18,568 nt of DNA, taken from assembly GCA_038213805.1 (NCBI GenBank), contig JBBQSO010000098.1, forward strand, positions 1-18,568, given 5' to 3'. This document shows positions 1-9,016 of this stretch, piece after piece. The notes beneath the pieces are model-generated. The model ran no database searches. It had not been told where the DNA came from and saw only the letters and a program-made list of their open reading frames with translations. Numbering within the stretch: the stretch's first letter is position 1; each line of letters opens with the position of its first letter. This DNA comes from Planctomycetota bacterium (GTDB lineage: Bacteria > Planctomycetota > UBA11346). Position numbers and translations under genes: made by a program.

Positions 1-140
1 ATCAGCCATCAGCCATCAGCCATCAGCCATCAGCCATCAGCCATCAGCCATCAGCCATCAGCCATCAGCCATCAGCCATCAGCCATCAGCCATCAGCCAT
101 CAGCCATCAGCCATCAGCCATCAGCCATCAGCCATCAGCC
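1..140. repeat. Perfect heptamer tandem array (ATCAGCC)x20, truncated by the window edge
   Basis: Direct reading: 20 consecutive ATCAGCC units at 1-140, then degenerate ATCCC-ATCAG running into the fcl stop codon (147-149). Confidence 0.97.
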
Positions 141-146
141 ATCCCA

Positions 147-1109
147 TCAGTGAGAGGCCATGCCCTTGGCATCGCCATGCTGCAGGAACCACTGATAGGT
201 CGAGGCCACGCCGTCGGCCAAGGCGATGCGTGGCGACCAGCCCAGGCGCTTGATGCGCGCCACGTCCATCAGTTTGCGTGGCGTGCCATCAGGCTTGGAG
301 GCGTCCCAGCGGATCTCTCCGCGGTGGCCGACAGTGGCCTGCACGAGCAGTGCGAGTTCCTTGATGGTGAGGTCCTCGCCGCAGCCGACGTTGACCAGGT
401 CGTTGCTGACTTGGCCGGCGTGGACCTCGCGCAGGACGAACAGGCAGCCTTCGGCGAGATCGTCGACATGGAGGAATTCGCGGCGCGGGCTGCCCGAGCC
501 CCATAGCGTCACCGGCGCGTCCCCAGCGAGTTTTGCCTCGTGGAATTTGCGCATCATCGCCGGCAGCACGTGCGACCCGTTGAGGTCGAAATTGTCGTGC
601 GGACCATAGAGATTGGTCGGCATCGCCGAGACGTAGTCGGTGCGGTATTGGCGATTGTAGCTCTCGACCAGTTTTACGCCGGCGATCTTGGCGATCGCGT
701 AGGGCTCGTTGGTCGCCTCCAGGGGCGCGGTCAGCAGCGAGTCCTCGGTCAGCGGCTGGGCCGCGTCGCGCGGGTAGATGCAGCTCGAACCCAGGAACAG
801 CAGCCGTGCCACCTCGTGCTTCCACGCGGCCTGGATGACGTTGGCCGCCATCATCAGGTTCTGGTAGATGAAGTCGGCGCGGAAGGTGTTGTTGGCGAGG
901 ATGCCGCCGACCTTGGCCGCGGCGAGGATCACATGGCTGGGCCGCTCACGCGCGAAAAACGCCTCGACCGCATCTTGGCGCGTCAGGTCCAGCTCGCGGT
1001 GGCTGCGCACCAGCAGGTTGCGGAAGCCGTGAGCCTGCAGATTGCGCACCAGCGCCGCACCGACCAGACCGGTATGCCCGGCCACGTAGATGCGCGCGTC
1101 CTCATTCAT
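147..1109 (-). CDS. fcl: GDP-L-fucose synthase (GDP-4-keto-6-deoxy-D-mannose epimerase/reductase), 320 aa
   Basis: [17 protein letters not shown] (NADP-binding GxxGxxG), [17 protein letters not shown], catalytic YAIAK (YxxxK), [30 protein letters not shown]. The ATG at 1109 overlaps the gmd 3' end by 8 nt. The ORF-track extension to 1451 lies inside gmd and is not credible. Confidence 0.96.
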   Translation of the reverse strand: MNEDARIYVAGHTGLVGAALVRNLQAHGFRNLLVRSHRELDLTRQDAVEAFFARERPSHVILAAAKVGGILANNTFRADFIYQNLMMAANVIQAAWKHEVARLLFLGSSCIYPRDAAQPLTEDSLLTAPLEATNEPYAIAKIAGVKLVESYNRQYRTDYVSAMPTNLYGPHDNFDLNGSHVLPAMMRKFHEAKLAGDAPVTLWGSGSPRREFLHVDDLAEGCLFVLREVHAGQVSNDLVNVGCGEDLTIKELALLVQATVGHRGEIRWDASKPDGTPRKLMDVARIKRLGWSPRIALADGVASTYQWFLQHGDAKGMASH

Positions 1110-2187
1110 GGTGCGAGGTGACCTTGAAGCCGTGCGCCTTGGCCAAGGCATCGCGGCGCGCCAGATCGAGGTCGGCGGCGACCATTTCCTTGGCCAGCTC
1201 CTGCACGGTGGTGGTCGGCTTCCAGCCGAGTTTGACCGCCGCCTTGGTCGGGTCGCCGAGCAGGGTCTCAACCTCGGTCGGGCGGAAATAGCGTGGGTCG
1301 ATGGCGACGATGGTCTTGCCGGTCGCGGCGTCGATGCCCTTGCTGTCCACGCCGGAGCCCTCCCAGCGCAGTTCGATGGCGGCCTCCTTGGCGGCGAGCT
1401 CGATGAAGGCGCGCACCGAGATCTGACGACCCGTGGCGATGACGAAGTCATCGGCCTGCTGCTGTTGGAGCATCAGCCACTGCATCTGCACGTAGTCGCG
1501 CGCGTGGCCCCAGTCACGCAGCGCGTCGATGTTGCCGAGATGCAGGCAGTCAAGCAGGCCGAGCTTGATGCGCGCGATGGCGCGCGTGATCTTGCGCGTC
1601 ACGAAGGTCTCGCCGCGCAGCGGCGACTCGTGATTGAAAAGGATGCCGTTGCAGGCGTACATGCCGTAGGCCTCGCGGTAGTTCACCGTGATCCAGTAGG
1701 CGTAAAGCTTGGCCGCGGCGTAGGGCGAGCGCGGGTAGAAGGGCGTGGTCTCCTTCTGCGGAGTCTCCTGGACCAGGCCGTACAGCTCACTGGTCGAGGC
1801 TTGGTAGAAGCGCGTCTTCTTGGTCAGTCCCAAGATGCGGATCGCCTCGAGCAGACGGAGGGTGCCGATGCCATCGACGTCGGCGGTGTATTCGGGCTGC
1901 TCGAACGACACCGACACGTGGCTCATCGCGCCAAGGTTGTAGATCTCGTCCGGCTGGACCTTCTGCACGATGCTGATCAGGCTCGCGCCATCACTGAGGT
2001 CGCCATAGTGCAGGAACAGGCGGCGGCCCGATTCATGCGGATCCTGGTAGAGGTGGTCGATGCGGTCGGTGTTGAAGAGCGAGGCGCGGCGCTTGATGCC
2101 GTGCACCTCGTAGCCCTTGGCGAGCAGGAGTTCCGTGAGATAGGCACCGTCCTGGCCGGTGATGCCGGTGATGAGCGCTTTCTTCAT
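1102..2187 (-). CDS. gmd: GDP-mannose 4,6-dehydratase, 361 aa
   Basis: [94 protein letters not shown] are hallmark Gmd motifs. Start placed at ATG 2187. Confidence 0.97.
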   Translation of the reverse strand: MKKALITGITGQDGAYLTELLLAKGYEVHGIKRRASLFNTDRIDHLYQDPHESGRRLFLHYGDLSDGASLISIVQKVQPDEIYNLGAMSHVSVSFEQPEYTADVDGIGTLRLLEAIRILGLTKKTRFYQASTSELYGLVQETPQKETTPFYPRSPYAAAKLYAYWITVNYREAYGMYACNGILFNHESPLRGETFVTRKITRAIARIKLGLLDCLHLGNIDALRDWGHARDYVQMQWLMLQQQQADDFVIATGRQISVRAFIELAAKEAAIELRWEGSGVDSKGIDAATGKTIVAIDPRYFRPTEVETLLGDPTKAAVKLGWKPTTTVQELAKEMVAADLDLARRDALAKAHGFKVTSHHE

Positions 2188-2256
2188 GGTCGCTGACGTT
2201 GCGACTGGCCGCTGGCCTTGCAAGAGCGAGTCCCTGGTGCGTCGCGCAGCGCGGTC

Positions 2257-2278
2257 GATGGCTGATGGCTGATGGCTG
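2257..2278. repeat. (GATGGCT)x3, reverse complement of the ATCAGCC array at 1-140
   Basis: GATGGCTGATGGCTGATGGCTG read directly; lies ~70 nt upstream of the gmd start. Confidence 0.85.
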
Positions 2279-2282
2279 TGGC

Positions 2283-2438
2283 AGTCCGGAGGTCCGGAAG
2301 TCTTGTGGTCCCACGTAAGCGGTGGAGCAACGTGTCAGATAGCGCAACGCCCATGCATTGGGTTCCGCGCCATGAATCGCCAACAATTCCGCTCACCAAG
2401 ACTTTCGGACCTCCGGACTACCGGACTACCGGACTACC
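2283..2438. repeat. AGTCCGGA-family inverted-repeat element A
   Basis: Left arm AGTCCGGAGGTCCGGAAGTC (2283-2302). Right arm GACTTTCGGACCTCCGGACT (2400-2419; 19/20 complementary), extended by GACTACCG units. Unique core 97 nt. Confidence 0.85.
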
Positions 2439-2448
2439 GCACCGTCCG

Positions 2449-3486
<1,038 letters not shown>

Positions 3487-3594
3487 CGGAGCTCCTTCAT
3501 GCGCGTCGGGCGCGCGGCTGTGGCCAGGATGCCGGAGGCGACGTGATGACAAGTGCAACCTTTCCCTGCGTCCTGCGTTGGACGCACACGGGGA

Positions 3595-3794
3595 CCGGAA
3601 GTCCGGGGTCCGCAAGTCTCGTTGGGAGGAATATGTCGGGCGCTACCAACCTCTACCTGGGCGCGCGTTGAACCCGGGAGCGATAGCGGTACCACTGCGT
3701 CGTCCATCGGTGCTGGGGATACTCGCGCAGTACCCAGGAAATCCTGCCTCCGACTTCAGGACTTCAGGACTTCAGGACTTCCGGACTTCCGGAC
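3595..3794. repeat. AGTCCGGA-family inverted-repeat element B, in the divergent moxR / DUF4175-like intergenic region
   Basis: Left arm CCGGAAGTCCGGGGTCCGCAAGTC (3595-3618) followed by TCGT. Right arm preceded by GCCTCC: (GACTTCAG)x3(GACTTCCG)x2GAC at 3752-3794. Core ~133 nt. Confidence 0.85.
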
Positions 3795-3852
3795 CCTGCT
3801 TAGCATCACCGCCACCACCCGGGCCCGACCGGCCAGGAGAGGGAGCCCAGCC

Positions 3853-6800
3853 ATGGATGTCCGCGGATTCCTGAGCACGGTGCGCGCCCGCCTGCGCCTG
3901 GTCCTGGTCCTCGATGGCCTCGCCCGCCTGGTCGTGGTGGCTCTTGCCGCATGCGCGCTCGCGGTACTGATCGACTATTTCTGTCAGCTCGCTGGCGCTG
4001 CGCGCCTGGTGGTGCTGGTCGCCATCGCCAGCGCCATCATCGCGCTCTTCCATCGCCGCCTGCTGCGCCCACTCGGTCGGCGCATGGATGACCGCGTCAT
4101 CGCCCAGCTCGCCGAGCGGCGCATGCCGGGGCTCGATGGCCGCCTGCTCAGCGAGGTCGATGGCATCGCCATGACCGACGGCCAGCTCGTTGGGGCCCTC
4201 ACCCGCGAGGCGGTCAAATCGCTGGTGCCGGCCGCGAGCGTGCCGCGCTGGCTGGGCCTGGCCCTGCTCGCCGTCATGGTGGTGGTCGCAGCCGGGGTGT
4301 TCCTGCCGGGCTTCTTCAAGGACGGCGTGAACCGCCTCTTCATGCCCCTTGGCGACAGCGAGTGGGAACGCAAGACCACCATCTCCGGCCATCTCGAGCG
4401 CACAGTCGTTCCCCTCGACGAACCGCTGGTGGTGTCCGTCGACCGCACCGCCGGACCGGAGGCGCCGCTGCGCCTGTCCTGGCAGTCCGGCCAGCGCGGG
4501 CCGACCGAGAGCCGCCAACTCGGTGGCCTTACCGGCCACTGGCACCAGGCCCTGGCCCTGCCGCCCGGCCTCTATGACCTGAGCGCCGAATCCGGCGACG
4601 CAAGACCGCTGCGCATGACCGGCCGGGTGGTGACGCGGCCGCTGCTGCGCGCCATCAGCGCGACCCTGACGCCGCCGCCCTACGCAAAGCTCGAACCCCA
4701 GCAGCTCGCCACCCTGGGCTGCTCGGCGCTGCCGGGTAGCCGCATCGACTTCACTCTCAGCTTCGCGCTCGAAACCGGCCGCACGGTCAGCGACGCTGTC
4801 GTGTCGCTGGATGGTCATGAAGTGCCGGTCACCCGCGACGGCGACACGTTGAAGGGTACCCTGCTGGTGCGGGCAGGCGGTGTGCTGGCCATCGCCCTGC
4901 ACGACCAGGATGGCATCGGTCCAAGTCCCGAGCCGCGCTTCACTCTCGCGCTGAGCGACGACCGCGCGCCGCTGGTCTCGCTCAGCGGCCCGCTGCTGCG
5001 GGAGGCCGTCACCGCGCGCGCCAGGGTCGCGATCACCGTCGACGCCAACGACGACTACGGATTGGGTGACCTGCAGCTGATCGCGCGCACCCGGCCTGCG
5101 ACCGAGCCCCAGCCCGTCGATGGCCAACCCACCGCGAAGGCGACGCCGCCCAAGGAGGCGGTGCAGCCCTTCCCCGGCATCGTCGGCCGTCGCGCCGTGA
5201 CCACCCACGCCACCGTGACCATCGCCGAGATCGCCGTCGAAGGTGACCTGGTGACCATGCTGGGCCGCGCCAAGGACGCCAACGACGTCACCGGCCCCGG
5301 CATCGGCGAGAGCCAGCCGCTCGAACTCAAAGTGGTGTCCGAGAGTGAGCTCATCCAGGAGCTCGACCGCCTGCTCGCGGAGGCGAAGGATCGCATCACC
5401 CAGGCGCGCGTCAGTATTTCGCAGGGCCTGGCCAAGCCCGAGGCGCTGGCCAACGCCAGCCGGGGCGCCGCCCTGGCTGCGGGCAAGGCCGGCGAGACCC
5501 TCGCCCAGGTGGTGCGCCGTTGGCAGCAGAACCAGCTGCCGGGCGAGCAGCTCACCCCGATCAGCGGTGCCGCCGACCTGGTCAACGGCGAGGCCGCCAA
5601 GGGCCTAATCGAGGCAATCAAGGGGCAGGAGAAGCCGGCACATGACGCCGATGACGCCCTGGCCAAGGCCGAACGTCTGCTGTCCAGCCTGCTTCAGGAA
5701 GGCGACCTCACACGCCTGCTCGCCAGCCTCCTTGAGCGCGAGAAGAATCTCAATGCCGAGAGCAAGGCCTTCGTACTCGAGCATCTCACCAAGCCGCTCG
5801 ACGCCGCCGCGCACGCCCGCCAGGCCAACCTCGCCGGCCGCCAGAAGGAACTCGCCGACGCGCTCAAGGACATCGAACGCCGCCTGCTCGGCGCCCCGGA
5901 CGCGAAGCTCGCGCCGGTGCAGGACCTGCTGCGCCAAGAAGCGCCGGCCGACCAGCTTCAGCAGGCCGCGGGCAACCTCGGGTCGGATACCCAACGCTCG
6001 CAGGCGGTGAAGCAGCAGGAACAGGCCATCCAGACCCTGACCAAGCTCCTGGACCTGCTGCGTGGCGGTGACGCCGACAAGGACCTCGCGCGCCACGCCG
6101 GCGAACTCGCGGCGCGTCAGGAGCGCCTGCTCGGCCAGCTCGAGCAGGGGGTCAATCCCAAGTCGCTCGCCGAGCAACAGGAGCAGTTGCGCAAGGAGAC
6201 CGAACAGTTCGGCAAGCAGCTGGGAGAAAAGCACGCTGCGGTCGCCAAGACCGTCGACGCCGCGGTCGGTACCCAGGGCGCGGCGCAGAAATCGATGCAA
6301 GGCGGTGACCAGGGCCAGTCAGAGGCCAACGCCGGTGCCGCCGCCAGCCTGCTGCGCGAGGTGCAGAAGCAGCTCGATCCGCAAAACGATCAGGACAAAG
6401 ACAAGCAGGAGGACGAGAAAAAGAAGAAGAAGGGCAAGGACGTGATGGCCCTGCTCAAGGAGCTGCACCGCGAGCAGGTCAAGCTGCTCACCGACAGCAC
6501 GCCCATCCACCAGCGCATCGCCGACGGCGCGCTCGACTTCGCCGCTCAGCGCGACGTGCCGGCGCTCGGCGAGCGCGAGGGCGACCTGCACCTACGGCTG
6601 ACCGAAGAGGGCATCAAGGAGCTCGACAAGCAACCTATCGCCGCCGCCGCCCTGGGCCGCGTCGGTGTGGCTCTTGAGAAGAGCGCCAAGTACTTGTCCA
6701 CCCCGGCACTCGGCGAGCGCGGCATGCGCCTCGAACGCATCGCGCTCTACGAACTCGCCCGCCTCATCGCCATCGTCGACGGCATGCCGCCGCCCAAGCA

Positions 6801-7470
6801 GAGCGATAAGAAGGGTGGCGGCGGCGGACAGCAGGGGACCCAGGCGCCCTTCCCGCCCGAGGCCGAACTGGGCCTGCTCGCCGCCATGCAGGAGGAGATC
6901 GCCGCGCTCACCGCCGCCGACCGCCCCATCGATCTCGCCGCGCTGCAGAAGAAGGAGGCCAAGCTGGTCGAGATGCTTGAGGGCGCCAGCCGGCCGGGCA
7001 GCCGCCCCAACCTGCTGCTGGCGCGCGCGCGCCGCGCCATGGACAGCGCCGCCGAGATGCTATCCGGTGGTGATCGCGGCGCGACCACCCGCAACGAGCA
7101 GTCGGCCGCTGAGGCCGCCCTGCGCCGCATGATCGCCGAAGCCGAGAGCGGCGGCGGCGGCAAGGGCGAGAAGAACCCCCAGCAGCAGCAGAAGCCGCAG
7201 GGCGGCAAAGGGCCGCCGCCACCGTCCAGCGGCGATGGCGAGGGCGGGGCTCCCGGCGGCAACGCCGCGGGCACGGCCAAGTCCGCGACCTCGGGCGACA
7301 AGCACGGTACCGGACCACAGGAGGTCGTCATCGATATCGAGGATGCCTTCCTACAACTGCCGCCGGAAGTCCGCGAGCGCCTCATCGAAGCGCGCAAGCA
7401 GCAGCTGCCCCCGGCCGCGGTGCCGATCTTCGAGCGCTATCTGGAGATGCTGCTGGAGAAGGGCAAGTGA
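3853..7470 (+). CDS. Large membrane-anchored coiled-coil protein, DUF4175-like, ~1205 aa
   Basis: AGGAGAGGGAG RBS then ATG 3853 (MDVRGFL). Three N-terminal hydrophobic segments. Beta-rich middle containing DDRAPLVSLSGP...ANDDYGL. Long Q/E/K/A heptad region, G/Q-rich linker, and C-terminal LQLPPEVRERL...IFERYLEML tail. Family assignment is from remembered architecture, not a search. Confidence 0.75.
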   Translation: MDVRGFLSTVRARLRLVLVLDGLARLVVVALAACALAVLIDYFCQLAGAARLVVLVAIASAIIALFHRRLLRPLGRRMDDRVIAQLAERRMPGLDGRLLSEVDGIAMTDGQLVGALTREAVKSLVPAASVPRWLGLALLAVMVVVAAGVFLPGFFKDGVNRLFMPLGDSEWERKTTISGHLERTVVPLDEPLVVSVDRTAGPEAPLRLSWQSGQRGPTESRQLGGLTGHWHQALALPPGLYDLSAESGDARPLRMTGRVVTRPLLRAISATLTPPPYAKLEPQQLATLGCSALPGSRIDFTLSFALETGRTVSDAVVSLDGHEVPVTRDGDTLKGTLLVRAGGVLAIALHDQDGIGPSPEPRFTLALSDDRAPLVSLSGPLLREAVTARARVAITVDANDDYGLGDLQLIARTRPATEPQPVDGQPTAKATPPKEAVQPFPGIVGRRAVTTHATVTIAEIAVEGDLVTMLGRAKDANDVTGPGIGESQPLELKVVSESELIQELDRLLAEAKDRITQARVSISQGLAKPEALANASRGAALAAGKAGETLAQVVRRWQQNQLPGEQLTPISGAADLVNGEAAKGLIEAIKGQEKPAHDADDALAKAERLLSSLLQEGDLTRLLASLLEREKNLNAESKAFVLEHLTKPLDAAAHARQANLAGRQKELADALKDIERRLLGAPDAKLAPVQDLLRQEAPADQLQQAAGNLGSDTQRSQAVKQQEQAIQTLTKLLDLLRGGDADKDLARHAGELAARQERLLGQLEQGVNPKSLAEQQEQLRKETEQFGKQLGEKHAAVAKTVDAAVGTQGAAQKSMQGGDQGQSEANAGAAASLLREVQKQLDPQNDQDKDKQEDEKKKKKGKDVMALLKELHREQVKLLTDSTPIHQRIADGALDFAAQRDVPALGEREGDLHLRLTEEGIKELDKQPIAAAALGRVGVALEKSAKYLSTPALGERGMRLERIALYELARLIAIVDGMPPPKQSDKKGGGGGQQGTQAPFPPEAELGLLAAMQEEIAALTAADRPIDLAALQKKEAKLVEMLEGASRPGSRPNLLLARARRAMDSAAEMLSGGDRGATTRNEQSAAEAALRRMIAEAESGGGGKGEKNPQQQQKPQGGKGPPPPSSGDGEGGAPGGNAAGTAKSATSGDKHGTGPQEVVIDIEDAFLQLPPEVRERLIEARKQQLPPAAVPIFERYLEMLLEKGK

Positions 7471-7492
7471 GAGCGCGGCGCCAGCGCCGCGC

Positions 7493-7686
7493 AGTCCGGA
7501 AGTCCGGAAGTCCGGAAGTCCGGAAGTCTCGTGGCGCGGAGGGGTGCCGTGAAATGCTCCGGCCTGCGCAAACCGCCGACGACCCACTCGTGTCGGGTCA
7601 ATCCCCTGGAACGCGCATGCCTGCCCCCGATTCTACAAGCCGCCTGCCTCCGACTTCCGGACTTCCGGACCTCCGGACTTCCGGAC
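7493..7686. repeat. AGTCCGGA-family inverted-repeat element C
   Basis: (AGTCCGGA)x4 AGTC at 7493-7528 followed by TCGT. GCCTCC then GACTTCCG-type array at 7652-7686. Core 123 nt. Confidence 0.9.
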
Positions 7687-8816
7687 GCGGCGTCAGCCGC
7701 AGGACTTCCGGACACGGCGTCAGTCGTAGGACTTCCGGACGCGGCGTCAGCCGCAGGACTTCCGGACACGGCGTCAGTCGCAGGACTTCCGCACACGGTG
7801 CGCTTGTCGCGCTGCTGTTCCTGATCGTCGCCATGCGCGCCGCACCGGCCGCCGACGCGCCGGCGGTGGCCGGGGATGCGGTGACGCCCGACAAGGTCGT
7901 CGACAAGGGCCTGGCGGCGCTGGTCAAGCTCCAACAGCCGGACGGCAGCTTCGACAACGCCACTGGCATCACCGCGCTGGCGGGCATGGCGCTGCTCTCG
8001 GGCGGGCACACGCCGACGCGCGGGCTCTACCACGAGGCCAGCGCCAAGGCGCTGAAATACGTGCTGAGCTGCCAGGACAAGGTCACCGGCTACCTGGGCG
8101 CGGACATGGGCAACATGTACAGCCACGGCTTTGCGACGCTCTACCTGGCGGAGTGCTACGGCATGGCGCCCGAGGGCAACCTGCGCCGCTCGCTCGAGGC
8201 CGGCATCGATCTCATCTACCACGCCCAGAACAGCGAGGGCGGCTGGCGCTACGCGCCCGCCCCGGTCGATGCCGACCTGTCGGTGACGATCTGCCAGGTC
8301 ATGGCGCTGCGCGCGGCGGCCAACGTCGGCGTCGGTGGCCAGACCACCACCGACGTCATGCGCAAGGCGGTCGGCTACGTCCGCCACTGCGCCAACGGCG
8401 ACGGCAGCTTCGGCTATCAGGGCGGCGGCAGCGGCTGGGGCACCAACGGCCCGGAGGGCGTGCCGCGCTGCGCGGCGGGCTGCATGGCGCTGATCGGCAG
8501 CGGCATCAACGACCTCGCCGACCCGGTGCTCGGCCCCTCGCTGCGCTTCCTCAAGAAACACGTCGGCGCGCACCTCCAGGGCAAGGGCGACTACTACTGG
8601 TACGGCGAGTACTACTCCGCCCAGGCGATGTTCCACAGCCCCGACACCGCCGACTGGGACGCCTACTGGAACCAGGCCTGGCCGATCTTCGCCAAACACC
8701 AGGAAACCGATGGCTTGTGGACGCGCTCGGACAACGTCGGACCTGCCTACAACTCGGCGATGGCGCTGATAATCCTGCAGATCCCGAACAACTACCTGCC
8801 GATCTTCCAGCGCTAG
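7617..8816 (+). CDS. Exported prenyltransferase / squalene-oxidase-repeat (alpha/alpha-toroid) protein
   Basis: Four QW-like repeats (LQQPDGSF, AQNSEGGWRY, CANGDGSFGY, HQETDGLW), MYSHGFATLYLAE and C-terminal YLPIFQR. Signal-like segment GALVALLFLIVAMRAAPAA. No DxDD cyclase motif. Start uncertain: in-frame ATGs at 7554, 7617 and 7833. Confidence 0.8.
   Translation: MPAPDSTSRLPPTSGLPDLRTSGRGVSRRTSGHGVSRRTSGRGVSRRTSGHGVSRRTSAHGALVALLFLIVAMRAAPAADAPAVAGDAVTPDKVVDKGLAALVKLQQPDGSFDNATGITALAGMALLSGGHTPTRGLYHEASAKALKYVLSCQDKVTGYLGADMGNMYSHGFATLYLAECYGMAPEGNLRRSLEAGIDLIYHAQNSEGGWRYAPAPVDADLSVTICQVMALRAAANVGVGGQTTTDVMRKAVGYVRHCANGDGSFGYQGGGSGWGTNGPEGVPRCAAGCMALIGSGINDLADPVLGPSLRFLKKHVGAHLQGKGDYYWYGEYYSAQAMFHSPDTADWDAYWNQAWPIFAKHQETDGLWTRSDNVGPAYNSAMALIILQIPNNYLPIFQR
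7675..7798 (+). repeat. 27-bp tandem repeat (GGACTTCCGGACRCGGCGTCAGYCGYA), 4 copies plus a partial copy
   Basis: Units start at 7675, 7702, 7729, 7756 and 7783 (partial). Two variants alternate (GACGCGG...GCCG / GACACGG...GTCG). In frame with the downstream CDS, encoding RTSG[RH]GVSR. Confidence 0.92.
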
Positions 8817-8832
8817 CGCCTGCGCGCTAGCG

Positions 8833-9016
8833 AGTCCGGAAGTCCGGAGGTCCGGGAGTCCGGAAGTCTCGTGAATCGGGAGTCGCCAGCGCGTCCACAG
8901 GCCTCCTCGTGAGGCTTCGGCGCGTGGGCCTTGCGGCGCCGGCGTCTGGCACGATTCTCCGCCGCGCACCAGCATGATCCCCGAACCCGCAGACAACGTG
9001 CCGTCGACTTCCGGAC
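8833..9016. repeat. AGTCCGGA-family inverted-repeat element D
   Basis: Left arm AGTCCGGAAGTCCGGAGGTCCGGGAGTCCGGAAGTC (8833-8868) followed by TCGT. Short right arm GACTTCCGGAC (9006-9016) preceded by GCCGTC. Core ~137 nt. Confidence 0.75.

Noticed and set aside
1110..1451. N-terminal extension of the 434-aa ORF (147..1451)
   Set aside because: It lies in another frame of gmd and is low-complexity R/S/P. Fcl similarity begins at ATG 1109.
3553..3852. Upstream 100 codons of the 1305-aa ORF
   Set aside because: Reads through repeat element B ([13 protein letters not shown]). A good RBS and plausible start exist at 3853.
7675..7798. Possible CRISPR array (repeated GGACTTCCGGAC with 15-nt intervening sequences)
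   Set aside because: The intervening sequences are near-identical and too short, and there are no cas genes. It is a simple 27-bp tandem repeat.
7617..8816. Calling the toroid protein a squalene-hopene cyclase
   Set aside because: Only about one barrel in length, has a signal-like segment, and lacks the DxDD catalytic motif.
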